A stretch of DNA of 64,000 bases from the human T2T-CHM13v2.0 reference genome, Homo sapiens (GCF_009914755.1 NC_060927.1); one strand, 5' to 3'. Shown: positions 45,150 through 57,155, numbered from the stretch's first letter. A program made the numbers and translations. Notes: generated by a model not told the origin, from the sequence alone.

Positions 45150-45355
45150 TAGGAAGTACTCACATAACATTGTCCATAGGTTTTTGGCAACTGTGACTTT
45201 AAGCAAAACCACATACAGTAGGTCCTCACATGACACATTCAGTGTTGTTTCGTCATAGTGTAGAAGAGAAAATAAAATTGGTTTTGTTGTAAGTTGTTTT
45301 GCTTGAAGTCTCAGCTTCGAAGAACCTGTGGATGACATTAAATGAAGGTTTACTG
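45150..45355. mobile_element. MER6-like Tigger MITE with long inverted ends
   Basis: The left end 'aagtactcacataacattgtccatagg...gactttaagcaaaac' is the inverse of the right end 'gttttgcttgaagtc...cctgtggatgacattaaatgaaggtttactg'. TA flanks. Confidence 0.7.
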
Positions 45356-45542
45356 TATAGTTTTTAAATCTCCACAGGTAATTCTGATATGTTCTCCTGA
45401 TTAAGTGCACTAAAGTCAGTCAGTCAGTGAGTGGTGTGAGCAAGAACCGGAAATTAAACAGTCAATGGATTGCATATTGGCTGACCCATGTGACATGGCT
45501 GGTCAGGCGAGTAGTGACAGTTGTTTAAAGAATGCCCAAGGT

Positions 45543-45849
45543 GGCCGGGCGCGGTGGCTCATGCCTGTAATCCCAGCACTTTGGGAGGCTGAGGCGGGTG
45601 GATCACAAGGTCAGGAGATCGAGACCATCCTGGCTAACACAGTGAAACCCTGTCTCTACTAAAAATCCAAAAAAAAAAAAAAAAAAGCCGGGCGTGGTGG
45701 CAGGTGCCTGTAGACCCAGCTACTCGGGAGGCTGAGGCAGGAGAATGGCGTGAACCCAGGAGGCGGAGTTTGCAGTGAAGTCGAGATCGCGCCACTGCAC
45801 TCCAGCCTGGGCAACAGAGCAAGACTCCACCTCAAAAAAAAAAAAAAAA
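45543..45849 (+). mobile_element. AluY with an expanded middle A-tract
   Basis: Full sense AluY with TSD AAAGAATGCCCAAGGT/AAAGAACTCCCAAGGT (45527-45542, 45847-45862). Confidence 0.95.
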
Positions 45850-45904
45850 GAACTCCCAAGGTAAAGGGATATAGTTGCTGTAGAGCCACCATTCTAGTGC
45901 AATT

Positions 45905-47060
45905 GACTCGTTCATTTATTTATTCCAACATGTAGTGAGTGCCTACTATGTACCAGGTACTCTGGCACTGAGGATACCAAAATGATATAGTCCTCTGCCT
46001 CTAAGGAGCTCACAGAGTCTAGTAGGACTGTCAGACATATAGATAATAACTACACATTATAGCAAATACAAGAATGGAGACATGCCCAGGGCATCATGGC
46101 AGCCCAGCGGAGAGGCGTCTGCTCAAATCTTGCAAGAAAACGTCAATTAAGGCTTCCTGGAGAAAGCAGCTAGAGAGTGGATCTCAAAGGATGAACAGGA
46201 GTTATCCTAGATGAAAGATATCCCAAGAAGAAGGGCCAGCACTATGTGGGAAACTATATACTGTGAATAGGAGAAGTCAACTATTGCTGCATAACAAATT
46301 ACCCCAAAACTTAGTGGTTTAAAACAATAAAAAATTATTACCTCACAATTTCCATAGATCAGAAATTCAGGAGTGGCTTAACTGGAGATTCTAATGAAAT
46401 GTCTCTCATATGATTATGGTTGTGGTCAAGGGGTCAGCAGGAGCTACAGTTATCTGAAGGCTTGACTGGGGCTAGAGGATCTGCTTCTAAAATCTTTTAC
46501 TCATGTTGCAATGGACAGGAGCCCTCCTCAGTTCTTTACCATGTGTGTCTCTTGATAGACCTACTCACATGTCCTTGTGACATGACAGCTGTCTTCTCCC
46601 AGAGTGAATGATTGAAGAGAGGGCAAGGTGAACACCAAAATATCTTTTATGTAATAACCTTGGAAGTCACACAGAATCCTAGAGGTTACACAGATCAGCC
46701 CTATTCAGCATGGGAGGGGACTACACAAAGGCACGAAACAGGGATCATTGAGTAGATCTTGAAGCTGGCTACCACACAAGGCCATCAAGCTTATGATCTG
46801 GAATGGCAGAAGCTGGCTAGGTACAGAGCCCCATCCTGAAGGAGCCCAAAGACCATCAATAAGGAGCTGAGACTTCATGTGTGGGCATCACGAAGCCATT
46901 GCAGAGGCAGTAAGAAGAGAATTGATGATGTCAGATTTACATTTTAGAAAGGCTTCTTGGACAGTATGGAGGAAGGTCCTTGGAACAGAAGGGCCAGTTA
47001 GTTGTCACAGAAATCCAGCAAGATCATGTGGGCCCATATCAGGGCAGTTGTGGCATAGAA
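45905..47060 (-). mobile_element. L2 fragment, interrupted by an MLT1 LTR
   Basis: 'ttcatttatttattccaacatgtagtgagtgcctactatgtaccagg', resuming at 'gatgtcagatttacattttagaaag'. Confidence 0.6.
46272..46776 (-). mobile_element. MLT1-family LTR
   Basis: 'ctattgctgcataacaaattaccccaaaacttagtggtttaaaacaa...gctggctaccaca'. Confidence 0.8.
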
Positions 47061-47064
47061 ATAT

Positions 47065-47205
47065 AGTCCTTTATTGTTCAAAATGTGGTACATGGACAAG
47101 CAGCTTTGACATTACCTGGGAGATTGTAGAAATGCAGACTCCCAGGCATCAGGTTAGACATAATAGAATCTGATTCATGTGGACCTAAAAGTTTGAGAAG
47201 TGCTA
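47065..47205. mobile_element. MER5-family MITE
   Basis: 'cattacctgggagattgtagaaatgcagactcccagg...aagtttgagaagtgct'. Confidence 0.65.
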
Positions 47206-49547
47206 TTATAGAGGACGTTGTAGAAATAATTAGGAACACAGAGGAGAGGAGACCGACTCTGAAGTCATGTTTATTCTACTTCAAAACTAGAATGCATATT
47301 GTAAATTTTTACTGAAATCTACAGAATAGCTCCAGAGAGCTTTGGGCATTCACAGCATCAGTAATGATATGGTATGATCTAATAACAGAAGGGCTTTCTC
47401 TGTTATTATAAATGGTAACCATGTAAATAAATGTTGCCAGCAGAGGAAACCTACTGAATACTTCTCTGCTCTAAACTTTACATCATTTTCCAACCAGCTT
47501 ATTTCTTTTGTCTCAGAGTCTGAAGAACAAGATAGCTAAATTTTCAGAAAAGGGGCCATGGGGAATGGAATAATGTGATAAACAGAGATTTGGAAAGCTA
47601 CAAGATAATGCACATTCTGGAAAATATCCTGATTTCCAGATGACCTTTCCAAGCATTGTCTTTTCTGGGATTAGATGTGGGAGCCAATTAACTACTGGGC
47701 TTCACACAGTAAATGTCTGCCAGGAAATTCATTACTTGCATATGGTCAACAGGAACCACCATCCAGTAGTTTTTTTTTAACTTGTTAAGCACAAGTGCAT
47801 CTTGTGATGTTCTCCTGGTCTGCCGGCTGGCAAGTGCCATCTGCCAACATTGGCCATGTGTCAATCTTTGTTTTTCCCCCTCCATTCTTCCACCTACCTC
47901 TTTACAGTTAAGAAAATTATATAAATCAATTAATGCTGGATCTCAGAACTCAGATGAATATGCTGCTAGTTCTGCAAAGAGAAATAGAGAAAGAGGGGGA
48001 GGGAGGGAGGCAGCAAGAAACAGATCTACCTTTTAAAAACTGATAAATGAGCATTGAAACAATGAGAATACTCCATCAATACAATTGATGGAGGAGGGAG
48101 AGTTTCCTCTTGCAGCATGTTCAAATGCTTTGGTGGCTAATGATTTCAGACCTCCCAGAGCCTTAGTCCCATTCTTCTCCAGGCATGAACCGTTGTCCCT
48201 ACTACTAATCAGGAGGTACTTTATGTAAACTCATCAAGGAGCACTGGGGTCACTGGCTCCAGGAGCTGCTAGAGATTAAATGGCTTCATTGGCATATGTC
48301 CAGATAGAGGAAAAGTGAAAGGGAAACTGGTACCTTTTCCTTGGCCCTTCTGTCTGACTCCCTCCTGTGTTCCAACCCCTGATAGTTTGGTTTCCAATGA
48401 GTTATTGCTCATTTATTGAGTCAGTTTTTAATTGGACTCTCACATGATATGAAGTTTTCATTGCTATTTAGAGTGGTTAGACATGTTTCTGACTAGTAAA
48501 TCTGAGACTGCCAGTAATTACAGAGCCTTAGGGAGAAGAGCTCAAAGCTGCTTGTCACCTATAAACACCTCCTCCTCTGGGGTTCCCAAGGAATATGTAG
48601 GGAAGTTTGCAATTGTACCACCCCATCCTGAACTTCAAGGACTTTCATGTCAATACTCCCACACCAAACCTTGAGTGAGTATTAAAAATAAGATCTACTT
48701 CCTCCTCCTGGAGTGAGCTAGTGTTGGGGGAAGGGATGCTAATTAAGAATATTCCCAAATCTTGTGAAAGATAAACCTCTTTTTCCTATTTTTGATTATC
48801 TCAGCTTAATAAGCATCATATCCCCATTTCTCAGAGGTTTGCCTTAGAAAACATTCTCTGAGATTCCAGAAAATAAGATATTAGAGATTTTGCAGTTCTC
48901 CCCTCCCCCAATCAAAGTCCTCCTTTCCTTACTCGGCTCTATTTCATCCCACAATACTGGTCACCTTCTAAACTACAGTATAGGTTATTATTATCTTTAC
49001 CCTCTGCCTCCCACCACTAGAATGCAAGCTGAGGACAAGTATTTTAGTCTTTTGTGTTTGCTGCTGTATTTCCAGCACCTAGAAAGTACCTGGCACATAG
49101 TAGGCACTCGATAAATGTTATTTGAATAAATTTAAGATTCTAAAGGACCTTGAAACCTGTTTAGTATCTTTATTTGGAGATAAACCAATTAAAACCCTGA
49201 GAGTTTGTGACGTTCCCTAGGTTGCATAGCTGATCTGCAGAGGCAAGTCTAAAAGGTGAATCCAGATCTTTCTCCTAACCCTGTGTCCTTCCTACCACCT
49301 GCTGCTGCTTTTGGCTGCTGGATGGAGCTGGGAAGAAGACTGGAGGCTACTGGTCCTAATCCATAGAAGGGATTTTCTGAGTCCTGCCCAGAAATAGGCA
49401 GGTATCATGAGCATCTTCTGCCCTCAAGAGGATCTTGGCAGTCAAATATGGCTGCAGCCTGGCTCCATTCCTTGGTCATAATCTCCAACTTCTGCTGCCA
49501 GGATTTTCTCCCTGTTTTTTTTATAAGACTGCCTGTTCGAAGAATGT

Positions 49548-49593
49548 ACACACACACACACACACACACTCACACACTCACACACACACACAC
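49548..49593 (+). repeat. Imperfect (CA)n microsatellite
   Basis: CA repeat with two CT interruptions, read directly. Confidence 0.95.
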
Positions 49594-51019
49594 CCCTACC
49601 CCTCCAGGCTCACTAAAGCAACATACAGCTCTGTCAGGAAAAGGATCATAATCTCAGCCCTCACTCACTCTGGTGCAGCTTGGGCAGAGGGATTGCTGAT
49701 GAAATTATTGAAGTTCCAAAGCCCCCAAGCCATCCTCTTGACACAACCACTGTTTTGGCACTACCTTCTGTTATTCTTTGGTTTTTGCTACTCCTAGTTA
49801 CCTCAAATGAACACGCTACCCTGCTTTCAATCCACAAACTCTACCCCAACATCTGGCCAATCTTGCCATGCCCTTCCCCCAACACCATGCCCTCCTCACC
49901 ATCCCCAAGGGGCCAAAATGGACAATTGTAGAGACCAGGCAAGACTCAGCTCACTGGTTGAGAGAGGAGGTCAAGAGTTCTGCTGTAGAACGGAAAGAGT
50001 TGGGAAACAGGAGGAGGACCAGAGAATAGGCAGTGCTTGAAAACCCTGTGGAGGCAAATTGTCTGCGGAGTTGGAAACAACCACATCACATTTGTCCTTA
50101 GAAAAATATTAATTTTTTAACCTTTTCAATACTATGTTCAAAACCTCTCTCACAAGGTCCACAAACTTTCCTACTACAAGGCTGTCATTTTTGACTAGGA
50201 AAATTTGAATTCAGTATTTCAAAAGTGATTTCTTGGAAATAATTTCTTATGTGGTGTCAAGTCTCTGGAGAAAAATGCAGAAGGTCTTTCTGCCCATTAG
50301 ATGCTGTTCACGAGAGAGAAATAGCAGGAATTAACAGTATGGTGGCTTCACACGATTGCCCAGATAGTGTGTGAGTTCAGGAAGTGTCTTGTTTGCAGGG
50401 AGAGAGTGATTAACACAACAGACGCTGCTCTGACTCTCCTATAGGAGTCAGAGGAGACAAAGCTTGGAGCCTACATTTACAAACTGTCATGAGCCAGCCC
50501 CACCTAGAAGCACGCTAAGCTTGTTTTAGTCATCTCATTTCTCTCTAGCCCATGGGCCAACCTTATTCCTGCTTTTTTGCATTTATCTGGGTCTCTACTA
50601 TGTTTCAGCCTCTGTGCTGGGCTTGTATCAACAAGGCAAAGAGAAATTTTACATGATCTCTGTGTTCAAAGACCTCATGTACTTGATACAGAGGTAAATA
50701 GATTAGCAAATAACAGCTATTGACAAAATTAATGAATCAATAAAAATGCATTTAAATTATGTTTTGAGCGCTTAACTCTGCTGTAGGAGCTAAAGGAGGC
50801 CTCTTAGAGGAGTTAACAGCTGAGCTTTGTGCCTCACAGTTTCCTTAAGGCTGTGCAGATTCTTGGATTCTCGTCAATAAGGCCAAATAGGATATTCCCT
50901 CCCATAAGACTTTTTCTCTTAGGCATCTCATTTGTGTCATCTAACACTTAGGGTAATGGGGCGGAGGGGTATGTGGAGTATCTTGCTCTGACTCAGCCTT
51001 ATAAGAACACCATACACGT

Positions 51020-51021
<2 letters not shown>

Positions 51022-51067
<46 letters not shown>
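51022..51067 (+). repeat. Perfect (GT)23 microsatellite
   Basis: Read directly. Confidence 0.97.
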
Positions 51068-51069
<2 letters not shown>

Positions 51070-51531
51070 CCTAAAGGAGGACTTATTTTAATATCTGAGA
51101 ATAGACTTCTAGGAACTTCCTTGATGTACAGAAATCTCATAGACCCTATGGTCATTACTGCAAAGAATCATCCCATTTTAGAGCTGGCATTTACCTTCTA
51201 AATCAACTCATCCTTTTTACAGTTGATGGAGGTTAAAGCCAGGGATGCTAAAGGACTGCCCAAAGTCACGCAGCTAACCACGGGCAGAGCCAAGTCTAGG
51301 ACCAAGGCCTCAGTTCTATGCAATTTTTATGGTACCTTGCAGGTCCCCCCAAGGGGCACACATCTGTCAGCATAGTGGGATGACTAGGAGCAAGCATTAC
51401 ACTAGGGGCAGGGGTTAGGAGTGATGTATGAGATACTACTGAATCATAGAGCTGGAAGGGCCACTAGAGGTCATCTCGCTTACCTCCTGCATTTTTCTGA
51501 TGAAGAAAGAGAAGATGGGGAAAGTGAACCT

Positions 51532-51737
51532 GATCTTCTCAGCCAGGGGAGGTATTGCCCTCTAAGAGGGATATGGAAATGTATGGGACCATTTTTGGCT
51601 GTCACAATGACTGGGAAATGATATTGGCACTTAATGGGCAGATGCCAGGGATGCTTAACATATATTGAGTGGAACAGTTCTACCAATGACAAATCACCCA
51701 GCCCCAGATGTCAACAGCATCCGCATTGATAACCATG
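51532..51737. mobile_element. MER20-like hAT MITE
   Basis: 'catttttggctgtcacaatgactggg...gccagggatgct...cagccccagatgtcaacag'. Confidence 0.7.
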
Positions 51738-53260
51738 AAAAGAGCCCCCATTACAGACAGAGAAGGGACCAGGCTCTGAGGTGGTTTGCCCAGTAGTTTG
51801 TCATTGTGTGTACATTTAGGGGTGGGTCACAAACCCCTCTGAGAATCAAATAAAAACTTCCTTTTCATAGAAACCTACACATACACAAGAACTTTGCCCT
51901 TAATTTTAGTGGGTTAATGAGCCCCTTTAACCCATCAATGAACCACAGGTAAATAACCCTAGTCTTAAAAGAGACTTAAAGGTGGAGAAAATTAAATATG
52001 TATGTGTTTTCTTATGGATAAAAATTGTCTTATGATGTGTCCAATGGAATGAAGAGTAAATGTGGGTTTTTTCCCTACCAAGTGAACACAGTGGTATCCA
52101 GACTCTTAGATTCTTTCTTTTGTTCATTCATCAGAAGCCTTGGATTTTTATCCATCACTTAAGAAGTATAGCTATTATTTCCTATTGATAGTCAAACTAA
52201 ACACCACGTCTACCTCCCACACCTTCCTTCCCTTTCTCTCCCCACAGTAAGTACTCAGCAGGACTGACGTAGGAAGCAGGAGTGGGTGCTGACTTCAAAG
52301 GGTCCCTCTCCCTGAACTTTGGAGAGTCCCTTCTTCAGGAGTGTGAGTTCTGGGTGAGTGGTGGAAGAACTGCAGGCTTTAAATGCTAGTCAAGGTGTAA
52401 ATCAGATACTGTGTTTTAAAATGTGCTGAGTAATTTCTGACTCATTAAATCAGTTAAATTACAAAATGCTCCATTTCAAGATGCTCTATTTCATCCATTT
52501 GCAACAAGTCATGGCAAACGGAAGAAATAGATTAGCCAATCATGCCTCCATGGTGTTGTTGAAGAGAATAGAGGAGAGGAGAGATGGACGACTCACTACC
52601 ACTCTGTGAGAGAAGACTTAGGGTCAGGCGTAACAGTCAGACCAAGCAGTCTTATAGGATAGATATTCTTCAAGGGTTTTACATCTCATTTACTCCTGAC
52701 AGCAATCCTTCGGGGCTTATTTTCTTGTCTATTTTACTAATGAAGAAACTGTGGCTGAGAGAGGTTAAGTACTTTTTCAGTTGAGTCAAAATTCACACCC
52801 AGTCCTATGTGACTCCTAGGCCAAGTTCTTTTCACCCCAATGCTTCCCAGCGAGTTTGTATGAACACAGGTAATGCTGCTCTCAAACAGCTAAAATTATC
52901 TGCACAGCGGATGCATGCCCCACTGCCTTCCCATCTACAAGATCCATCTCAGATTGTTCTTGGTTATTCCAGTATGCTGAGGACAAGCCTTCTGACTTTG
53001 GTTTCATTTTGTTTTGTTTTTCATAAACTGTGCTTCTGTCGAGGCTGTAGAGAATCCTGTTAGGACAGTATGTCGTGATTTAAACTGTGGCTGATGAGTG
53101 ACTCCCTTCTTTCCTTCTCTTGCCTCAAACCTTTCCTTTCTCTTATGATGGGAGAGACCAAGTGTACTTCTGCATGCACAGTGCCTGGAGGTCTTCCCAA
53201 GCCTGGCTTGGAGGTATCAAAAAGGAATCTGTACCTAACTTTCACAGAATGGTTTCCACT

Positions 53261-53320
53261 TAGCTGGGGGCTTTGTTTTGTCCCCCAGAGTAGCTGGTGA
53301 CTTTGTTTTGTCCCCCAAAG
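53261..53320 (+). repeat. 30-bp tandem duplication (2 copies, 3 mismatches)
   Basis: tagctgggggctttgttttgtcccccagag / tagctggtgactttgttttgtcccccaaag. Confidence 0.9.
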
Positions 53321-53992
53321 TGTTTCATTCTTTTTCCCTTGTAGATTTGTTTCTCTGTGAATTTATCTAAAGACAGTGGTGTGCTGTTGGGCAAGAAGTC
53401 CTTTCCTACTGCCTCCTGTAGGAGAGCTGTAGTTACTGCTGAACAAATGACAACCTGCCCACTGCAATAATAACAGCCATTTCCCTGGGTGACAAGTATC
53501 TAATTAAGTGAATGCCTTGGGTCAAGGGGTCATATTTCTGCAGGCAGTGGACCTTTGTACCATTTGCCAGTCAGGGGGTTAGACACATTCCCTACCCTCC
53601 CTGCTGGGTGTGAGTTTCTACACCTGAGCCATTGCCAGCAGAGCTGATGAAGGAACTTACCTCAGAGTCTCTAAATGAAGTCCACTGCTCTTAGATCTGC
53701 TAAGAAATATCTCAAAACCATTGGTTCCAAGTTGATTGATTGATTTTCCTATTTCCATCAGCAAAAACCATAAATACTCAATTAAACTCTAAAAGTGGTC
53801 TTAGAATTCCAACACCAAGTATAGAGGACTTAATTATTTTAATGGGGGAGGGGAAAGAGCGCTAGATCAGGAGTCAGAAGACTAAAGGTTTAGCTCTGAC
53901 TCTACAACTAACTGCCCACATGACCCCAGTAACTTTCTTATCTAGTTTCCCCAATTGAAAATGGGAGTTTTTTCCTTAGATACTCTTTAAAA

Positions 53993-54293
53993 GCAGTACT
54001 GTCCACTAGAAATATAATAGGAATCACATATGTAATTCTTAATTTTCTGAATTTTAGCAACATTAAAAATAAAAAGCAAGTAAAATTGATTTTAATAATA
54101 TATTTTATTTAACCAGTATATGCAAAATATTATTTTAACATGTAATTGGATTTTTCACATACATTTTCCATATTAAGTTTTTGAAATTCAATGTGTATTT
54201 TACACTTACATTGCATTTAAGTTCAGACTAGACACATTTCAAAGGTTCAGTTTGGCCACATGTGGCTGATGGCTACTGTATTGGATAATGCAG
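53993..54293. mobile_element. MER33 hAT element
   Basis: 'ctgtccactagaaatataat...cacatatgtaatt...gccacatgtggctgatggctactgtattggata'. Confidence 0.75.
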
Positions 54294-54842
54294 CCTGGAC
54301 TCTTTTCTGGCTATTAATTTTTTTGTGTATGTCCCAATCCGTTACTTGCAACTCTTGAGGTTAGATGGATAATTTAGAATTTTTTATGTTTTAAAATGAA
54401 ATACAGTATTTATTATTTATTAATACCCCAGGGGGATCTGGAGCAGCACTCCATGATCAAACAAATAAATATTTCTGTAGCAAAAAGTATGACAATACAC
54501 ACTGAGATAAAGAAAGACAATAAATAGCTTTATATAGGTTGGGTATTGCTGCCAAGTGAGTAACAGGAAAAAAAAACTTTCATTTTTCAGAGGATTTGCC
54601 TTTTGAAATTGCAGATAAAGGATTGTGAGTCTGTATCACAAAAACTGTTCAGTATTAGGTTCAGTATTTGCTTAGTTGCTTTATTTGTCAAAAATTGGCC
54701 TAGCATTACTATGACAGTGCAGTTGTCCTTTGACTAGCCATGGACGTGGCATTCTGGTTAAATCATCTCCCTTGTTTTGACTCTTAGTAGTGGTAATTGT
54801 CTCCAGCAAGCTGAAAGGGTGACCCGTGGAGCCATGGAGACT

Positions 54843-55004
54843 TAGGATTGCTAGATTAAATATAGGATGCCCAGGTAAATTTGAAATTAAGATAAATAGC
54901 AAACACATTTTAAGTGTAAACATGTCCCATACAATATTTGAATTTCATATAAAATTCAAATTTTACTGGGTGTCCTGCATTTTGTTTTAACTCTGGCACC
55001 TCTA
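54843..55004. mobile_element. MER53 palindromic hAT MITE, internally deleted
   Basis: 'taggatgcccaggtaaatttgaa' is inverted relative to 'ttcaaattttactgggtgtcctg'. Confidence 0.75.
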
Positions 55005-55799
55005 CCATGTTAAAAGCCATTTCAGCAAGTGGTTACTGATTCTTGTGGGGCCAGCCAAGGGAGTGTAAGGGAAGACTTTCTCATCTTGTATCACGTTTGC
55101 TCAGAAAGACCATATAAAGCAGGCTGGATGGTTAAGGAGAATGGAAATCTGGTTGTTTTGATTCTAGAATCCAAAAAATTAGGAATGACAAAGAATTCAG
55201 CTACAGGTATGGCATTTGCAATCCTGATGTGGGCCTTGATCATGGCAGAAGGCTAATCTAACAGGTGTTCTTAATTGACTGTCTTAAAGCCCTTAAGAAT
55301 CTTGTCAGGTCATAGCCACATACCAATTATGTAGCCCCTGATTTGGGGGTTTCTTAATCTCTATCAAGGATTCCAGAAAGAAAACCGAAGAGAGTAAACT
55401 AGGAACTATCTCTATTTTTTTAAATATGGGGTGGGAAGTGGTGGGCGTTTGTTGAGAGCATAACTCTTTCTCTAAATGCCTCAGAAATTAAGAGGTGCCA
55501 AGAGGAAGTGCTGCTTTAAGAACCATCTGGCTCACCCAGGTGCAGGGCTGGGGAGGCTCAGAGCCTGCATCAAAAGTGGCTTCGGCTTCTGTAAACAGCG
55601 TCATTCCCAGCATTCCTTGCCAAGATGGGGCTTTATGTGTCCCAGAGAGAGTCAGCAGAAGCAGGTGGCAAATTTGACAGACTATGGAGAGGATGACATG
55701 ATATCTGTTCATTCAGTGGGGTACACTCAGGGTCCCTCAAACTTTAGTGCCACCCTTTCTAATGACGTGTGAGGTGCTGGATCAAGAGCAGTGACCTGA

Positions 55800-56215
55800 C
55801 TGAAACTGTTTCAGATCAAAGGAGACTAAAAGGACATGACAAGCAAATGCAGTATGTGTTCTTAGATCGAACTCTGGACCAGAAAAAAAAAAAGTTCCTA
55901 TAAAGGACATTATTGAGACAATTGGTAAAATTTGAATATAGGTCATTTATTAGACAGTAGTTTTGTAATTGTTAAAGTTTCTGATCATAATTGTACCGTG
56001 GTTATGTAAGAGAATGCCTTTGTTCCTAGTTTTTAAGGGTAAAAGATTTCTTTATAGTTTCAAATGGCTCAGAAAAAAAAATACAGTCATGCATATCCAC
56101 TTTAAAATGTGGCAAAAAGTTACCTATTAGTAAATCTCTGTAAAGAGTACAAAAGTTTATTATACTATTCTTGTAACTTTTCTATAAACTGTTTAAATAA
56201 AAGATAAAAGAATAA
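55800..56215 (+). mobile_element. L1MC-like 3' end
   Basis: 'aaggagactaaaaggacatgacaagcaaatgca...tactattcttgtaacttttct'. Confidence 0.7.
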
Positions 56216-56334
56216 CAGCATGACACCATCCAAAGATAGATGTTCCAAAGGGATAGCCATGGGAGAGGTGAGGATCCCTGACTCCCTGAATCAGGAGCTG
56301 CCCAAATTAGAACTTCACTGACTTTCAGTTTCAG

Positions 56335-56540
56335 GATTTGGTGTAGTGGTAAGAGCCCAGGCACCAGACTCAGTCAGCCCTGGCATTCCGCCGGGCACCG
56401 CATTGTTCTATTTAACCTTGCTGAGCCTTAGTTTCCTAATCTGTAAAATGGGGCACTGTAACTTACCTCACAGCCTTTCTGCTGAGATTGGAGGTGATGT
56501 TTGCAAGGCACCTTGCTGAGTGGCATGCAACAGATATTTC
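56335..56540 (+). mobile_element. MIR
   Basis: 'gtgtagtggtaagagc...ctgagccttagtttcctaatctgtaaaatgggg'. Confidence 0.75.
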
Positions 56541-56984
56541 CCCAAAATTAAATATGTCTTTGTTTCCATAGAAAGACCATGACTTGATGGCTCCAGAGTC
56601 TTGTATTTTCATCAGGTGCAAGGAGCAGCAATCTGTCACCAAATCTGTGGACCAGAGACTCAGGCTCTGCCCCATTTGAAACATTCTTATTGCAAACCCC
56701 AGTGGAAAGCCTATTCAGCTGGCAACTTCAAGCAGTATTTCCAAGCATGATTCATTTCCTAGTGGCATAATCACTTTGAACAAAACTACGGCAAGCCTTT
56801 TCAAGAATGCTTTTGAAAATCTTTTCTTCCACAGCTGCCACACGGCATGAGAAGCAAGGTCAGGTTATAGGCTTAAAAGTTTTGAAAAGGATGGAATTAA
56901 CTCTGGACTTTAACCTTCAGACAAATGACCTCACAAGACATGGGAAGTAAAAGTAAAGAGAAAAAAATGTCTGGAGCTGTGAGT

Positions 56985-57153
56985 GAATAGCAATGATGCT
57001 GAACTAGAAATCAAAAGACTTGAATTAGAATGCTGGCTCTGCCACTTAGTAGCTGGTGATTTTAAAGCAGTCCATTCCAAGCCTATTGCTTTATTTGTAA
57101 AATGGGGACACTGGTGTTCCATATAGTTGGTGGATTAATCAAGTGAGATAAAG
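56985..57153 (+). mobile_element. MIR, interrupted by a Tigger element
   Basis: 'ctggctctgccacttagtagctggtga...tgtaaaatgggga'. Confidence 0.65.
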
Positions 57154-57155
57154 TA

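Noticed and set aside
49435-51155. ORFs with His-Thr repeats
   Set aside because: Translations of the CA/GT microsatellites.
54843-55004. MER53 hairpin as a miR-1302-family precursor
   Set aside because: The central arm appears deleted or diverged, and I cannot find a good match to the recalled mature sequence.
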